A stretch of 64,000 nt of DNA, from NCBI RefSeq assembly GCF_009914755.1, contig NC_060938.1; one strand, written 5' to 3'. A model generated the notes under the pieces. That model worked only from the letters and a program-made list of their open reading frames with translations, ran no database searches and was not told the DNA's origin. Shown one piece after another: positions 43,782 through 57,866 of this stretch. Both the position numbers and the translations under genes were made by a program. Positions within the stretch are counted from its first letter, which is position 1. Every line of letters starts with the position of its first letter. Source of the DNA: the human T2T-CHM13v2.0 reference genome, Homo sapiens.

Positions 43782-45089
43782 AATGAGCATCTGGATGACG
43801 GGATCATTCATACCCCAAAACTCAGCATTATGAGATATACCCATGTAACAAACTGGCACATGTACTCCTGAATGTAAAATACAAGTTAAAATTATTTTCA
43901 AAATAAATTAATTAATGAATAAATATGATTAAATAAAATTAAAGTTTGAATTAAAATATTTGAGAATGATTTCAGCTTGACAGTTATGTAAGTTATGTAA
44001 ATGGAAACAGTGAGTTCTGTAGGGTTCGGATCAATTGCACTATCTGTACTAAGTTGATATCCAGTTGTTTGGATGAAAAGAAAAGAGGAGAAACATATAG
44101 ATCAAACAGGAGAAAAAATGGACAAGTTTTGATGATAGCAAAAAGAAGAATGGAGGAAATAGGACTGAGGTTATAGTGATTGATAGATATTAATGGACGA
44201 CTAAGTCAAAAGCCACTGGTTGCAGAAAATATTGATTAATTTTGTTTTATTCCAGTCAGACAACAAAATCTTATAACCTGCCTCTAGAGAAATCCCTTTT
44301 AGCCCTGTAATTATGTTTATTCCAAGCACCATTCCATTCATTAATTAGTGTATAGGGTGATTAATAAGTGAATTATTCACAGAATTAGGACAGAATTTTT
44401 GAGTATTTCAGGATATTAATACTATAGTCAATGAACTAAAATAAAATTTGACTAGAGGTGTGATCACCATGAATGCCATGTTGGTATCTTGTTAGATTTG
44501 GCAACCTAAAGTTGACAAATTTATTAATAAAATAAATGTTCCTTGATGATTAATTTACATTTAGTAAACATGCTGTTTCTTCTTCCTTCCCTTTCTTATT
44601 CATTCATTCATTCATTCCAACAGAGCAGTGACTTTCATTCTAAGATTCCCAGAATCCTAAGAATTCTTGAATGTCATCATAGGGAGCCAGGTGTGAGGAT
44701 TCACAAATGTTGTATTCAATACTTGAAAAATCTCAAAAAGTTATATATTTACACCAGAAAAAGCTATACAGGTTTTACGTTTTATATATATATATAGTTG
44801 AATACTTTTTATTTCTATCCAGAACTAAGTCATTAGAGTTAATAATGTTGATTATTTCATACTGACCTAGTAGGTAGCCTTTATATATCATTCATTACTT
44901 ATCAGTAAAATAAGAACCCCCCCAAAATTACAAAATAAATATATTTTGTGTGGTTTTCTTAAGGCTGTTGAAACATAAAATCAGAAGAGAGGATTAAAAG
45001 TAATCCTTGATTGTTAAAAAGGCAGGGAACTACTAACTTAGAAAATTGTGTGAAAACAGCAAGATATATACATGGTCCTCAGACCAGCT

Positions 45090-45245
45090 GCCTGTTTTAA
45101 TAAAGTTTTATTGGAGCACATCCATGGATCATTTGTGCTTTCCTGCTACAATGGTAGAGTTGAATGGTTGCTATAGAGACCGTATGGTTCGCAAAGCCTA
45201 AAATATTTATCATCTGGTCCTTTATAGCAAAAGTGAACCCAGTTT
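45090..45245. mobile_element. MER58A-like MITE
   Basis: 'aataaagttttattggagcaca...gagaccgtatgg...aaagcctaaaatatttatcatctggtcctttatag'. Confidence 0.75.
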
Positions 45246-45512
45246 TAGAACATTCACTTTTCAAATTAGGATACAGTGGATGCTGCCTTAACTGACCTCC
45301 ACTTAACTGGTTTGCAATCAGCACTTTCTGGTAACTTATTGACTGATGTCCACTGTAAACTGAAAGCCTTTGAGCTACTTTTAATGCCTGTACATTTCTC
45401 CTTCCATTACAGAAATTGTATAGTTTCTAAGAGGAAGCTGTGTTGATTCCTAAATATGTTTACACCATTTGTTCTTGTTCTTGTAGCTATGCGATTTAAT
45501 TAAATATTATGT

Positions 45513-45922
<410 letters not shown>

Positions 45923-47664
45923 CTAGAAACAAATGGGAAAAATTGTGTAATCTAGGATTTCAGATTGCTTTACCCCAGTTGTCTTCTCAGAAAGTGAACA
46001 AGAAATCCATGACAACGTATCATTGGCATAGTTTCCACAAGAAACTCCACTCTGAATCCGTGCAAGGCTTTGACCTTGACATCAAAATTCTGGCAAATTT
46101 ATTTACACATGTCTTTTAAATTAAAGTTGTTTGAAGGACTTACATCTAATACTTCTTATGATTCCTCCATCTAACTTAAATTTGTGATTAATCTGTTTAT
46201 TACTGGTCCCAATCTGATTGAATAAGGGGGTTTCTACCGTTTTTGTTAACCAAAAGTTTAATTTGACGAAGATGGAATTATAAATACAATAATTCCAGTT
46301 TAAAGAATTAGAATGGTAAAGGTTAATACAATTTAGTATGCCTAAAAATCACTTGAAAAGCTTACTAACAATGTAAATTCTTGTGCCTTCAGCCTGAGAT
46401 TTTGATTCAATAGGTCTAGCATGGGACATAGGAATCTGGATTTTTAGGAATGATAAAGGAAAATTGCTTAAAATAAGGTAAATTATGACTTACAAATATA
46501 AAATGAACACTTGTCTAAGATTTTAACTCATTTATTTAATGAGGGAGCCAGTAAGATGTTATACTAAGTTTTATGGAAAATTAAGAGCCACACATATCTA
46601 GGCACTAAGGAACACTGAAATAAATTTGCTTGATAGGTTCAAAACTGACTTCTTGATGGAAGGTGGAAAAAGGAAAATTAATTATACTTCCACCAAAATC
46701 AATCATTTGCCTGTCTATAGACAAGAATATTTGCATTACTATCAGTAATCTACAACTAACAGAATTGCAAATAACAAAGAAAACAAAAGGCACAGAGACC
46801 CTATAGAAACAGATAACCCAGGTTATTCTAGACAAGGATGAGATTTCCATTAAAGACACTCAGTGGTAATTTCGTTGGTCCATCTTAAAATCTTTCCATT
46901 TTCTCCTGAAACAAATTGCTCAAGCAATTCAAATACAATGAATGGGGTCAGTGGGTCACACCTGGAGAAATCATTTTCTAACCTGTAATCAAGACTGTTG
47001 AATTACTCCCTTCACTGGAAAGAATAAAATATTACCACATAAATTCGTATTATGATAATGGCCCACTATGAATGACTTGGTGTTCTTAATTTTCTTAAGA
47101 TTTATTAATATTTCTGAAGTAATTACTAAATGCCAAGCAATATATTTTCTAATTTAATCTTTCATTGACTTTTACTTTCACTTCAATTGAGCTACTCACT
47201 TTCATGGCTATAAACTTAACTTTTCAATAACTTAAAAATTGATTTCTAATGTTATAAACTTTAATGTTCCACTCTGTGACATGCTCTTTCAGACTCTCTC
47301 TTCCTTACTGCCAACTGACCTTCTCTTCTATCTCTTCCAGTGCCCCAGTATCTTAACTCTTCCATTTTCTTTTTTCTTTTCTTTTATTAAGTGGATACAT
47401 GATAATTTCACATGTTGATGGGGTACAATGTGGTATTTTGATACATGACACATTGTTAAAACCTCTCCTCCCTATCTTTCCCAGTCTGGTAACCACTCTT
47501 CTACTCTCTATTAGATCAGTGTTTTTAGATTTCACATAAGAATGAGATCATGTGATATTTGTCTTACCGTGGTTAGCTTATTTCACTTACCACAATGTCG
47601 TCTATGCTCATTCATGTTGTCACAAGTGACATGATTTTACCCTTTATTATGGCCAAATGTGCAT

Positions 47665-47956
47665 GTGATATAGTTTGGATATTTGTCCTGACCCATATCT
47701 CATGTTATATTGTAATCCCCACTGTTAGAGATTGGACCTGGTAGGGGGTGTTTGGGTCATGGAGGTGGATCCCTCATGGCTTGGTGCTATCCTCATGATA
47801 GTGAACGAGTTCCCAAACTTCCTGACTAGTCAAGCAGATGTTGGCATTATGCTCCCTGTACAGCCCATGGAACCAGGAGCCAATTATGTCTCTTTTCTTA
47901 TAAATTATCCAATCTCAGGTATTTCTTTATAGCTATGCAAGAATGACCAAATACAG
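47665..47956 (+). mobile_element. Internally deleted MST LTR
   Basis: 'tgatatagtttggatatttgtcc...tgtaatcccc...tctcaggtatttctttatagc.atgcaagaatgacc.aataca'. Confidence 0.8.
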
Positions 47957-50194
47957 CATATATGCCACATTTTCTTTCTCCATTCATTCATTGATGGACA
48001 CTTAGGTTGATTCTAGGCTATTGTGAATAGTGCTGTAATTAACATGAGAGTCCAGAAATCTCTTTGACATACTGATTTAATAATCTTTGAATATATACCC
48101 AGTAGTGGGATTGTTGGATTATGTGATAAGTCTATTTTTAATGTTTTTGGAAGTTATATTGTTTTCCATAACAGTTGCTCTAATTTACATTTCCACCAAC
48201 AGTGTATGAAAATTCCCCTTCACATACTTGCCAGCATTTGTTATTTTTTGACTTTTTCATAAAAAGCATTCTAAGCAGGGTGAGATGATATCTCACTGTG
48301 GATTTGACTTGCATTTCTCTGATTATTAGTGATGGTGAGCATTTTTTCGTATACCTGTTGGTGATTTTTTTTGTCTTATTTGGAGAAATGTCTATTCAGC
48401 TGTCTTGACTATTTTCTAATCCAATTATTTGTATTTTTGCTATTGAGTTGTTTGGGTTTTCTATAAATTTGGGATATTAACCCCTTATGAAGTGAATAGT
48501 TTGCAGATATTTTCTCCCATTTTGTAGGTTGTGTCTTCACTCTTGTGATTGTTTCCTATGCAGTGCAGAAGTTTTTATTTGGTGTAATCCCATTTGTTTA
48601 TTTTTGCTTTTGTTGTTCATGACTTTCAATGTCTTTTCTAAAAAGTCCTTGCCCAGACCAATGACATATAACATTTCACCTAAGTTTTCTTCTACTAGTT
48701 TCATAGTTTGGGGTCTTACATTTAAATATTTAATTTATTTTGAGTTGATTTTTGTATATGATGAGAGATAGGGGTCTACTTTCATTCTTTTGTATGTGGA
48801 TATGCACTTTCCTAGCACCATTTGTTGAAAAGACTGTCTTTTCCCAATTGAATGTTTGCACCTTTGTCAAAAATAAGTTGCATATAAATATGTGGTTTTA
48901 TGCCTGGGCTCTCTATTTTTGTTCCACTGGTCTACATGCCTGTTTTTATGCCAATACCATGCTGTTTTAGTTAAGATAGCTTTGTAATATATTTTGAAAT
49001 TAGATAGTGTAATACCTCTAGCATTGCTCTTTTTGCTTAAGATTTATTTGGCTATTTGGGGTGTTTTGTAGTTTCACATGAATTTTAAGATATTTTTTAA
49101 TATCTGTGAAGAATGAAATTGGAAATTTGATAGAGATTATATTGGATTTATAGATTGATTTGCATAGTATGGTCATTTCAACAATGTTAATTCTTCTAGT
49201 CCATGAACATGGGATATCTTTCTATTTATTTTAATTTTTTAATTGTTTTTATCAATGTTTAATAATTTTCATCTTTCCGTGGCTTAATTTACTTGTAGGT
49301 ATTTTGTTTTCTTAATAGCTATTTTAAATGGGATTACTTTCTTGATTCCTTTTTCAGATAGTCTGCTATTGGTGTATAGAAATGTTACTGATTTTTTATG
49401 TTGCTTTTGTATCCTGAAACCTTATTGTATTCATTTACTATTTCTGATTCTCAGTGGCATATTTAGGGTTTTATACATATATGATCATGTCATCTTCAAA
49501 GAGGGACAATTTGACTTTTTTTTTCCAATTTGGATGCCTTTTATTTCTTTCTCTTACCTAATTGTTCTGACTAGGACTTCCAGTACTATGTTGAAAAAAG
49601 TGATTAAAGTGAACATTCTTGTCTTGTTCCAGATCCTAGAGGCAAAGCTTTCAAGTTTTCACCATTCAGTACAATGTTGCCTGTGGATTATCACATATGG
49701 TCTTTATTTTATTATGTTCTTTTATAACTAACTTGTTAAAAGGTTTGATCATAAAAAGATGTTTAATTTTGTCAAATGCTTTTTCTGCATCTATTGAAAT
49801 GATTATATGTTTTTTATCCTTCATTGTTTAATATGATGTATCACATTTTATTGATTTACAAGTATTAGACTATCCTTACCACCCCGGGTAAATACCATTT
49901 GATTATGGTGGATAATCTTTTTAATGTGCTTTTGAAATATCATTGCTAGAACTGCTGGTTTTGAATGTTTGCATCTATGTTTATCAAAGATATTGGCCTG
50001 GAGTTTTCTTTTATTTGCTGTTCTTGTCTCATTTTGGAATCAGGAAATGCTGTCTTCATAGAATGAGTTTGGAAGAGTTCCCTCCTTTTCATTTTTTTGA
50101 AATAGTTTGTAAATAATTTGTATAAATTTTTTAAATGTTTTGTAGAATTTGTCAGCGAAAACCACCAAGTCGTGAACTTTTCTTTCTTCCTCTA

Positions 50195-50470
50195 TTTTTT
50201 TAGAGACAGGGTCTCACTCTATCACTGAGGCTGGCATACAGTGGTGCAGTCATAGCTGACTGCAGCCTCAAACACCTGGTCTTAAGTGATCCTCCTGCCT
50301 CAGCCTCCTGAGTACAAATACACACCACTATACCTGGATAATTTTTATTTTTATTTTTAGAGATGGAGTCTCATTGTGTTGCCCAGGCTAATCTTGAACT
50401 CCTGGCCTCTAGTGATTCTCCTGCCTTGGGCTCCTAAACTGTGAGATTACAGGTGTGAGCTACTGTGTGA
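50195..50470 (-). mobile_element. Alu (AluJ-like)
   Basis: 'gagacagggtctcactct...gatcctcctgcctcagcctcctgagta...gagattacaggtgtgagc'. Confidence 0.88.
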
Positions 50471-53400
50471 AGTCTTTTGGATTTTCCTTGACTGAGAGCC
50501 TAAATCGCTCCTTCAATCTCATTATTTGTCATTGGTGTGTTCACATTTTCTATTTCTTCTTTCTTCAATTTTGATAGGTTATATGTGTCCAGAGCATATG
50601 TATTTCTTTTAAGTTTTTCGATTTATTGGCGTATAATTGTTTGTAGTACTTACTCATGATTCCTTATATTTATCTAGAGTCTATCATAGTATATCCTTTT
50701 TCATCTCTGATTATATGTGAATTTTCTCTTTTTTTCTTAGTCTGACAAAACATTTGTCAATTTTACGTTTTCAAAAAAGATTCCTTCATTTAATTAGTCA
50801 TTTGTATTTTTGTCTTCATTTTGTATATTTGTGCTCTGATATTTATATCCTTTTGCTAATTTGGGTCTTAGTTTGTTCTTGATTTTATAGTTCCTTGAAA
50901 TACATTGTTAGATGGTTTATTTATTATCTTTCTTCTTTATTGATGTAGAAATGTATTGCTATAAACTTCCTTCTAAGGACTGTTTTGCTGTATTTCATAA
51001 GTTTTCATATGTTCTGATTTCATTTTTATTTGTCTTCAGATATTTTTAAAATTAAATTTTTTTCATTGACCCATTGGTTGTTTAAGGATATGTTGTTTAA
51101 TTTGTATGTATTTGCACAATTTCTGAAGTTCCTCCTGTTGTTTATTTCTAGCTTTATTCCATATGGTTAAAAAAACACATGATATGATTTGATTTTTTGA
51201 TTAGCTAAGACTTGTTTTGTGGTCTAACATATCTATCATGCACAATATTCCATATGCAGGTGAAAAGACAGTGAATTATGCAATTGTTGGATGAAATGTT
51301 ATGTAAATAGCTGTTAAATTCTTTTGATCTAGAGTGCAGTTTAAATGTTTCTTTGTTGAGATTCTCTCTCAATGATCTGTTCATTGCTGAAAATCGGATG
51401 TCGAGGTTTCTTACTATTATTGTACAGCTTTTTGTCTCTCCTTTTAGATCTATTAATGTTTGCTTTATATATTTAGGGTCTCCAAAGTTGAGTGCATTAT
51501 ATAATTACAATTATTGTATTCTCTTGTTGTACTGACCCCTTTATTATTACATAATGGCCTTGTTTGTCTGTGTTTACTGTTTTTTTTTACTTGAAGTCTA
51601 TTTTATTTGATATAAATATAACTACTTCTGCATTCTTTGGTTTCCATTATCATAAAATATATTTTTTCATCTGGTCACTTTCAATTTGTGTGTGTATTTA
51701 CAGGTGTTGGGAGTCTCTTGTAGAAAGAATATAGTTAGGTCTTGTTTTTAATCCATTTACCCATTCTCTGTCTTCTTACTGGATAGTTTAATCTATTTCC
51801 ATTCAAGGTAATTATTGATAGATAAGGACTTGTACTGCCATATACTGTTTTCCTGTTGTCTTTTAGAATTTTTGTACCTTTTTGTCCCTTTGTTGTCTTC
51901 CTTTGTAGTTAAGTGATTTTCTCTGTGTGTTTTTGTTTCTTGTTCTTTTATTTTTAGTGTATCTAATAAAAGTGTTTACCTTTTGGTTACTATGAGGCAT
52001 GTGAAGAATATTTTTTAGTTTCAATAGGTAATTTTGAATGGATAACAACTTAATTTTGATAATAAGAAATGGGGAAAAGCAAACACTCTGCTCTTTAACT
52101 CAGTCACTCCCCCACATTTTGCATTTTTGATGTCTTAATTTACATCTTTTATATCACTTATCCCTTAACAAATTATTGTAGTTTTTATTGTTTTTGTTTT
52201 GTATTTTAACCTTCTTACTAAAAACATGTAAGTGGATTACATTCAATTATTACTATATTAGAGCATCCTGAATTTGTCTGAATATTTATTTTTACCTGCA
52301 GTTTTATACCTTCCAATTTTTTGTATTACATATTAGTGACCTTTTCTTTAGTTTGAAGACTGTTCTTTAACATTTCTTTTAAGGCAGGTATGGTTACAAT
52401 GAATTCCTTCATCTTTTGTTTGTCTTAGAATGTTTTAACCTCTCCTTCATTTCTAAATGAGAGCTGTGCTGGATACTGTATTCACGGTTGACAGTTTTTT
52501 TCTTCAGCAGTTGATTCTATTATCCTACTCTCTCCTGGCCCATATTGTTTCTGCTGAGAAGTCTGCTGCCAGGCACATTGGAATTCTCTTATGTGTTATA
52601 CGCTTCCTTTTTCTTAATGCTTTCAGGACCTACTGTTTGTTTTTGACGTTTGAAAGTTTAATTATAAGTGTCTTGTGGTTGTCTTATTCAGATTAAATCA
52701 GATTAGTGAGCTTTGGCCATCCTAAACATCTTAATCCTTCTCCAAGTTTAAAAAGTTGTCTGTTATTTCTCTGAATAAGCTTCTAACTCTTTTTCATTCT
52801 TAGTTCCACTTTAACACTGTAGATTTGTTTTTTTTTTTTTTATGGTGTCCCATGGATCTCATAAGTTTTCTTTGTTTCTTCTCATTTTTTTCTCTTTTCT
52901 ACTCTGACAGTGTATTTTCAAAGAGCCTGTCTTTGAGCTCACTGTTTTTTTCCTTCTACTTGATCAGTTCTGCTCTGGATGCCCTCTAGTGCATTTTTCA
53001 GTTTGTTTACTGAACTTTCTACCTCCAGGATTTCCTTTTGATTTTTTCCCATTATTTTAAATTCTTTGTTGAATTTCTCATAAATTTCCATGTTGTTTCT
53101 CTGTACTTTGTTGAAGTTCAGAGATTTTTTTTTTTCTTAAAAAAAACAGCTATTTGAATTTTTTTGTCTGCCACATCATTCATTTGCATGTCTTTAGGTT
53201 CAGTTGCTGACACCTTGTTTTCTCCATTTGGTGAGGCAGTTTTTCCTAGGCTATTCTTATTTTTTTAGATGTGCATCTCTGTCTACACATTGATGAATTA
53301 AATATTTATTTCAATCTTCTCAGTCTGGGTTTGTTTTTGACTGTTTCTCAGTGGGCTTCTTTAGAAATTCTGTCTGGATTTCCATTATATTCCATTTTAA

Positions 53401-55312
53401 CATTAGGAGGTGTCCAAAGCAAAAGTTAGACATAAGTCTTGCAATGGAGCTTCACCACTGATGCAATGTAACTGGATGGGCCCATGGGTGATCCACAGAA
53501 AGGCTGCTGTCTGTTGGGGGAGAACAAGTCAGGCCATCAAATCTGGACAGTCTGTGTATCATGTTTCCCACAGCGTGGTGCCCATAAACAACCTGTCTGG
53601 TATAATATTTCCTCTGGTAGGAATGGCTAGCCACTGCTAAGTTTCATATAGTAAGTATTGCTAACGCAATCCCTTCTGTATGTCCCTAACATGCCTCTGG
53701 TGGTTCAGCTCTGTTGACACTCATGATTCTGCTTGTGGGCTGATGCAGGAGTGAGTCTACTGTGAAGGCACTCAGTATGGTGGAAAAAATATTCAACTTC
53801 TGCTCACTTTATTCAGTGTAAGAACAGTGAGTTCAGGAGGACTTTCTGCATATAATACCATTATGGCCTGGGGGAGGAGTATCACAGTCACAGAGTACTG
53901 TTTCCCTTACTGTCCAAGCATGGTTTTACTCCTTTTTGCAGTCCAACGGGGCTTCATTGACTCACTCATGTATTCAGGGTTCATTAGCTCTTGTAAAGTT
54001 AATTTCATATGTGGATAGTTGTTCATATAGATGTGTCCATAGGGGTATGATTACTGGAGAGATCTACTCCACTACCTTGCTGTGCCCAAATCCTTCCCCT
54101 TTCCAACAAGAGTTTGCCACCTTCTAGTTTTCTTTTTTCTTAACCAAACTAAGTTTAGCCTTTTAATCCTTCACCCTCCTCCACTTCAAATGCCATTGCT
54201 TCTTTGTATGCTTATTGTATTTTCCATGCTATATGACTTTCAGCTGGTTATTTACAGTATGTAAGTTTTAATATCCTGTAAAAGGGGGATAATAATGACA
54301 TCCATTTGATAGGGATGTTAAAGATATTAAATGACACTGTCCATGTTAAATAACTTTTTGAGATATATTGAGATGTTTCTGTACTTCCTTGTTCTGCCCT
54401 TCTTGTTGAACCAGAGGAATCTATTGCCATGAAAAGTAATAAAACTGTCATAGTAGAAATTAAAAGTGAGTAGGAACTTATTTAAAAATCATCATTCTCC
54501 TTTTAATGCAAAAATAAGAACTAGAAAATTTTAATAAGGCAATAGTCTGAAGAAATAACTTATGGAAGATAATATGGGTTTTTTAATCTTAAAGGGTTCT
54601 TTTATATATTCAAGCTTCGAGATTGGCTGCCTTGAATCCTACTAAAATTTCAATGTAAGTTTTAGAGAGGGAGGAAAGAGTCAAAGAAAAAATTGCACTG
54701 GAAAAAGTTAAATAAGTAAGGAAGATATTATTCAAGCTATTGGAATACTGGAGAGAGTCCAGACCTAGTCTGAACTCAGCTCCCCTGATACAAAGGGCCA
54801 TGGAGTTTTTGAAAGTGAGGGTAAGAGTGTGATCATAGGCCACCTGTCTTTGCTAACTGTCTTTTTTCAAAGGAAAGATAAACTTTCTTTTATCTTTATG
54901 ATATAAGGTAATTTTTACAACTTGGAGCAAGATTAGGCTCTTACTCTCTCATGGAGACTGGGAAATATGGTATTATCTTTCTGGAGGATTACGTTTGAAA
55001 GAGATGGCTCCCAGATCCTTGAAAAAGGAAATTTTCTGCTTAAAAGATACACATGCCACTTCTACCTGCATTTCACTGGCCAAACAGGTCACATGTCTAA
55101 ATCTGACCCTTCCTTCAATAGGACAGAAATGTATAATCTTCTAGGAGATAGGGCCACTACAGCAGGAAGACCAGATAATGGGAGAATGGTAATATAATCT
55201 ACCACAATGACCACAGTGAAAACATTAGTAATCCTTAGGGTTAAACCAAGTCTTCTTGGACACTTAGGTTGATTCTAGGCTATTGTCAATAATGGAATAA
55301 CAAAAAATATAG

Positions 55313-56215
55313 AGAATAGCCCATTTATTTTTTTGCAGAGAAGCTAGACAATTCACAGTAACTTATGGCCTAGACAATTTTATTTCTTGATCAACACAAC
55401 TCTTTATAGATGCCTGTGGTCCAAAAATGCAGATTCCTAATCGTCCCCAAAAGAAGGGATCCTCTGCAAGGCAACCTGGGAGGGAGTTTAGGATTGTTCT
55501 GAGGCAGTGAAAGCCATTGAGATTAACATGTAAGAGGGTAGAGAAAGGGAATCCACATGTTTTGATCCCTCCATGTGCTGGATATAACTTGGTCTTCATT
55601 ACATTTCACCACCTTTAGTGTCAGAGAGAACTGGATTTGAATCCCAGTTCCTTCACTCATTATGATTTGATGGTGAATATGTTTTTAACTCGTCTGAACC
55701 TCAGTTTGCTCATCTACAAATGATGGGATTGTTATGAGACTTGCATAAGGTAAGTGTTTAAAAATCTGGGAGTAATCCTGTAATTTAAAACATGGGGTTG
55801 TGATGAGGCTTCAATAAGGTAAGTGTGTAAAAATCTGGACACAATGTTACTAATTTTGTAGGTTTTCAATATATAGAGAAGGAGGATTATTTTTCTCTCA
55901 TTTAATTTTTAGAGCAAGTTTATAAAATTGGTATTATTCATATTTTTGGGATAATCAAAGGATCAGTAGGTTTAAATAAATCACCATAGTCACAAAGCAG
56001 TTCACAGTATATTAACTGGATAATTGCTAGTGAAAAGTAACAATGATGGTCACATTGAAAATCTTGTGTTGTATGGTGGTTTTCTCTTGCATAAGCCTCT
56101 TCATTTGTTGAAACCATAGATTCTAAGTTTGCTCTATCAAAGTGATCATTAGAAAAATATAAGGTACTTAGTGTATAAATTTTAGAAAATGTCCTTTTCA
56201 ATCCTGTTAATTTGA
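55313..56215 (+). repeat. Copy A of a local diverged duplication (contains a MIR remnant)
   Basis: Aligns by eye to 57867-59215, e.g. 'atttcttgatcaacacaactctttatagatgc.tgtggtccaaaaatgcagattcctaatc'. Confidence 0.92.
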
Positions 56216-56504
56216 TTGAATATGTGCATTTTGAATTATGAATATAAATATGAATATGTATGACATATGAAATATGACTTGACATCACAGAGTAACCTTA
56301 GATCGTGGCAACGTTTTTTTCTGAAAGCACCTGCAGAAATGTATCTTCTTTCTAGTTTCCAAAAAACTCAGAGGTCATGGGGGAAGAGGGGACTTTGGCT
56401 GTCAGATAGTGCATGAGGTACATTAGGATACAGTAAATTCATCATAATTCATATTCATAATTCACAGTGAGGAAACCTGAAAGTTGCTACCAGTTAGCAA
56501 TAAA

Positions 56505-57155
56505 TGAAAGGTGGGGCGGGGTCACTGGGGGCGCGGCTTTGTGAGCCAGTGCCTGGACTCCCACGTCACAAATGGAAGGGCAGCGCGTGGAAGGAACTCA
56601 AGGCCTGATTGGTTCTTCCTAAGCAGGACACATCAGGTTGTCAGGGCAACCGGCCTTCAGTTGGTGGCCTTCAGTGTGTGCTTTAAGTTGGTGGCATTTG
56701 GTTGTCTTTCCTGGGGAGAGGGGGCAGGTGCTCAGCTCTGCAGACGTGAGGGCAAGCGAAGGCCCAAGCTGCCTCGAGAAGAGCAGAGGTGCCCCAGGGG
56801 GACCATGATGACCAGTCGCATGTGCACGAAAGCCAGCCCCCTGCAGGGTCAGCGGAGGGGTTCTGCGGGGCCGTCCTGTGGCTTTGATATCTATGAGTGG
56901 GCGGCCAGCACAGGCACAGGCACCAGCAGAAAGCAGCAGAGACTCCCAGAACATGCTGTCCCCCAATACCAGCCCCAAGCGAGGCCATTTTAGGGTGTGG
57001 TGGGCAGAGCCATCCTGCAGCTCTGAGATCCACGAGGTGTAGGTGGGAGTAGGGTCAGGCTCCACTGCGTTGGAGCTCAAGCAATTTGAGCCCAATTTGA
57101 TTCCGGAGCCATGACCTGCAGCACATTGGCGACCAGAAGACGCCCAAAGGTAGGG
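56505..57155 (+). promoter_or_regulatory. GC-rich promoter / first-exon-like segment
   Basis: GC box ggggcgggg (~56513), CRE-like cacgtca (~56562), reverse CCAAT attgg (~56608), donor-like AAG|gtaggg (~57149). Confidence 0.4.
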
Positions 57156-57609
57156 AGGCGACAGATACCGCTTGGCCTCAGGAGCTTCTCTGGCCGTTGC
57201 TGAACCAAGGTTCCCCCAGAGACATCCACAGCCTGGGGCTCCTCCCTTCTTCACCTAGTTCCTTTCCTAGACCCAGGCCCCAAGCCTGAGGACTGGCTCT
57301 TCCTGGGGTCTCCATCCCTTCGTCTTTCCCTGTTGCATCCAGCCGGTTTCTTTTGCCATCCCTACCCATATGCCCAGTTCTGGACCCTCTTCTTCTTCCT
57401 AGAGGCTGGCCAAAAACTAAGTTTTCAAAGTACAAAATGGATGCTACAGATTTCGTTGCTGTAGTGGAAATGTCTGACAGCTCTTGTATTTAAACTTAAG
57501 TAGCTACACTGGGACTCACAGTTTCATAACTTGAGTTCTAGACCAGAGCTCTCTACCCTAAAGCAACAGCAAGGGTTTAGAGGTACTCTTCTTGATTCTA
57601 ATAATAAAA

Positions 57610-57740
57610 AATGATTTTTTTTGTAGGGATAAGGTCTCACTGTGTTGCCCAAGCTGGTCTCAGGCCCCTGGCCTCAAGTGATTCACCCACCTTGGCCTCC
57701 CACACTGCTGGGATGACAGGCAAGAGCCACCACACTTGGT
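57610..57740 (-). mobile_element. Alu left-arm monomer (FLAM-like)
   Basis: 'ggtctcactgtgttgcccaagctggtctc...ggcctcaagtgattcacccaccttggcctccc'. Confidence 0.82.
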
Positions 57741-57866
57741 CATTGGAGGTGCTCTTGCTTTGTGTGTTTCGGCTGGTCTTCAGGTGCAGCTGTCTGTAAG
57801 ATGCTCCTGCTGTATAGTTCTATGTCTTTCTGCACAGATTCAGTAGATTCTGTGATTTTTTTACAT

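Larger units (their letters stand above)
42340..43920 (+). mobile_element. L1 3' end (L1PB/L1MA-like) carrying two nested MST LTRs
   Basis: ORF2 C-terminal motifs (GCGEKG, KLVQPL, KTWSQPRCPSTVD); 3' UTR 'tacccatgtaacaaactggcacatgtac'. Confidence 0.85.
47370..53400 (-). mobile_element. Long old L1 (L1MA-like), degraded, with nested MST LTR and Alu
   Basis: Antisense L1MA-type 3' end 'gatggggtacaatgtggtattttgatacatg'; continuous antisense ORF2-like sequence ('ccatgaacatgggatatctttc', 'tcaaatgctttttctgcatctattga', 'gagaagtctgctgccagg'). Confidence 0.85.

Noticed and set aside
54610-55030. Possible ERV LTR remnant
   Set aside because: LTR-like wording, but family and boundaries could not be supported by eye
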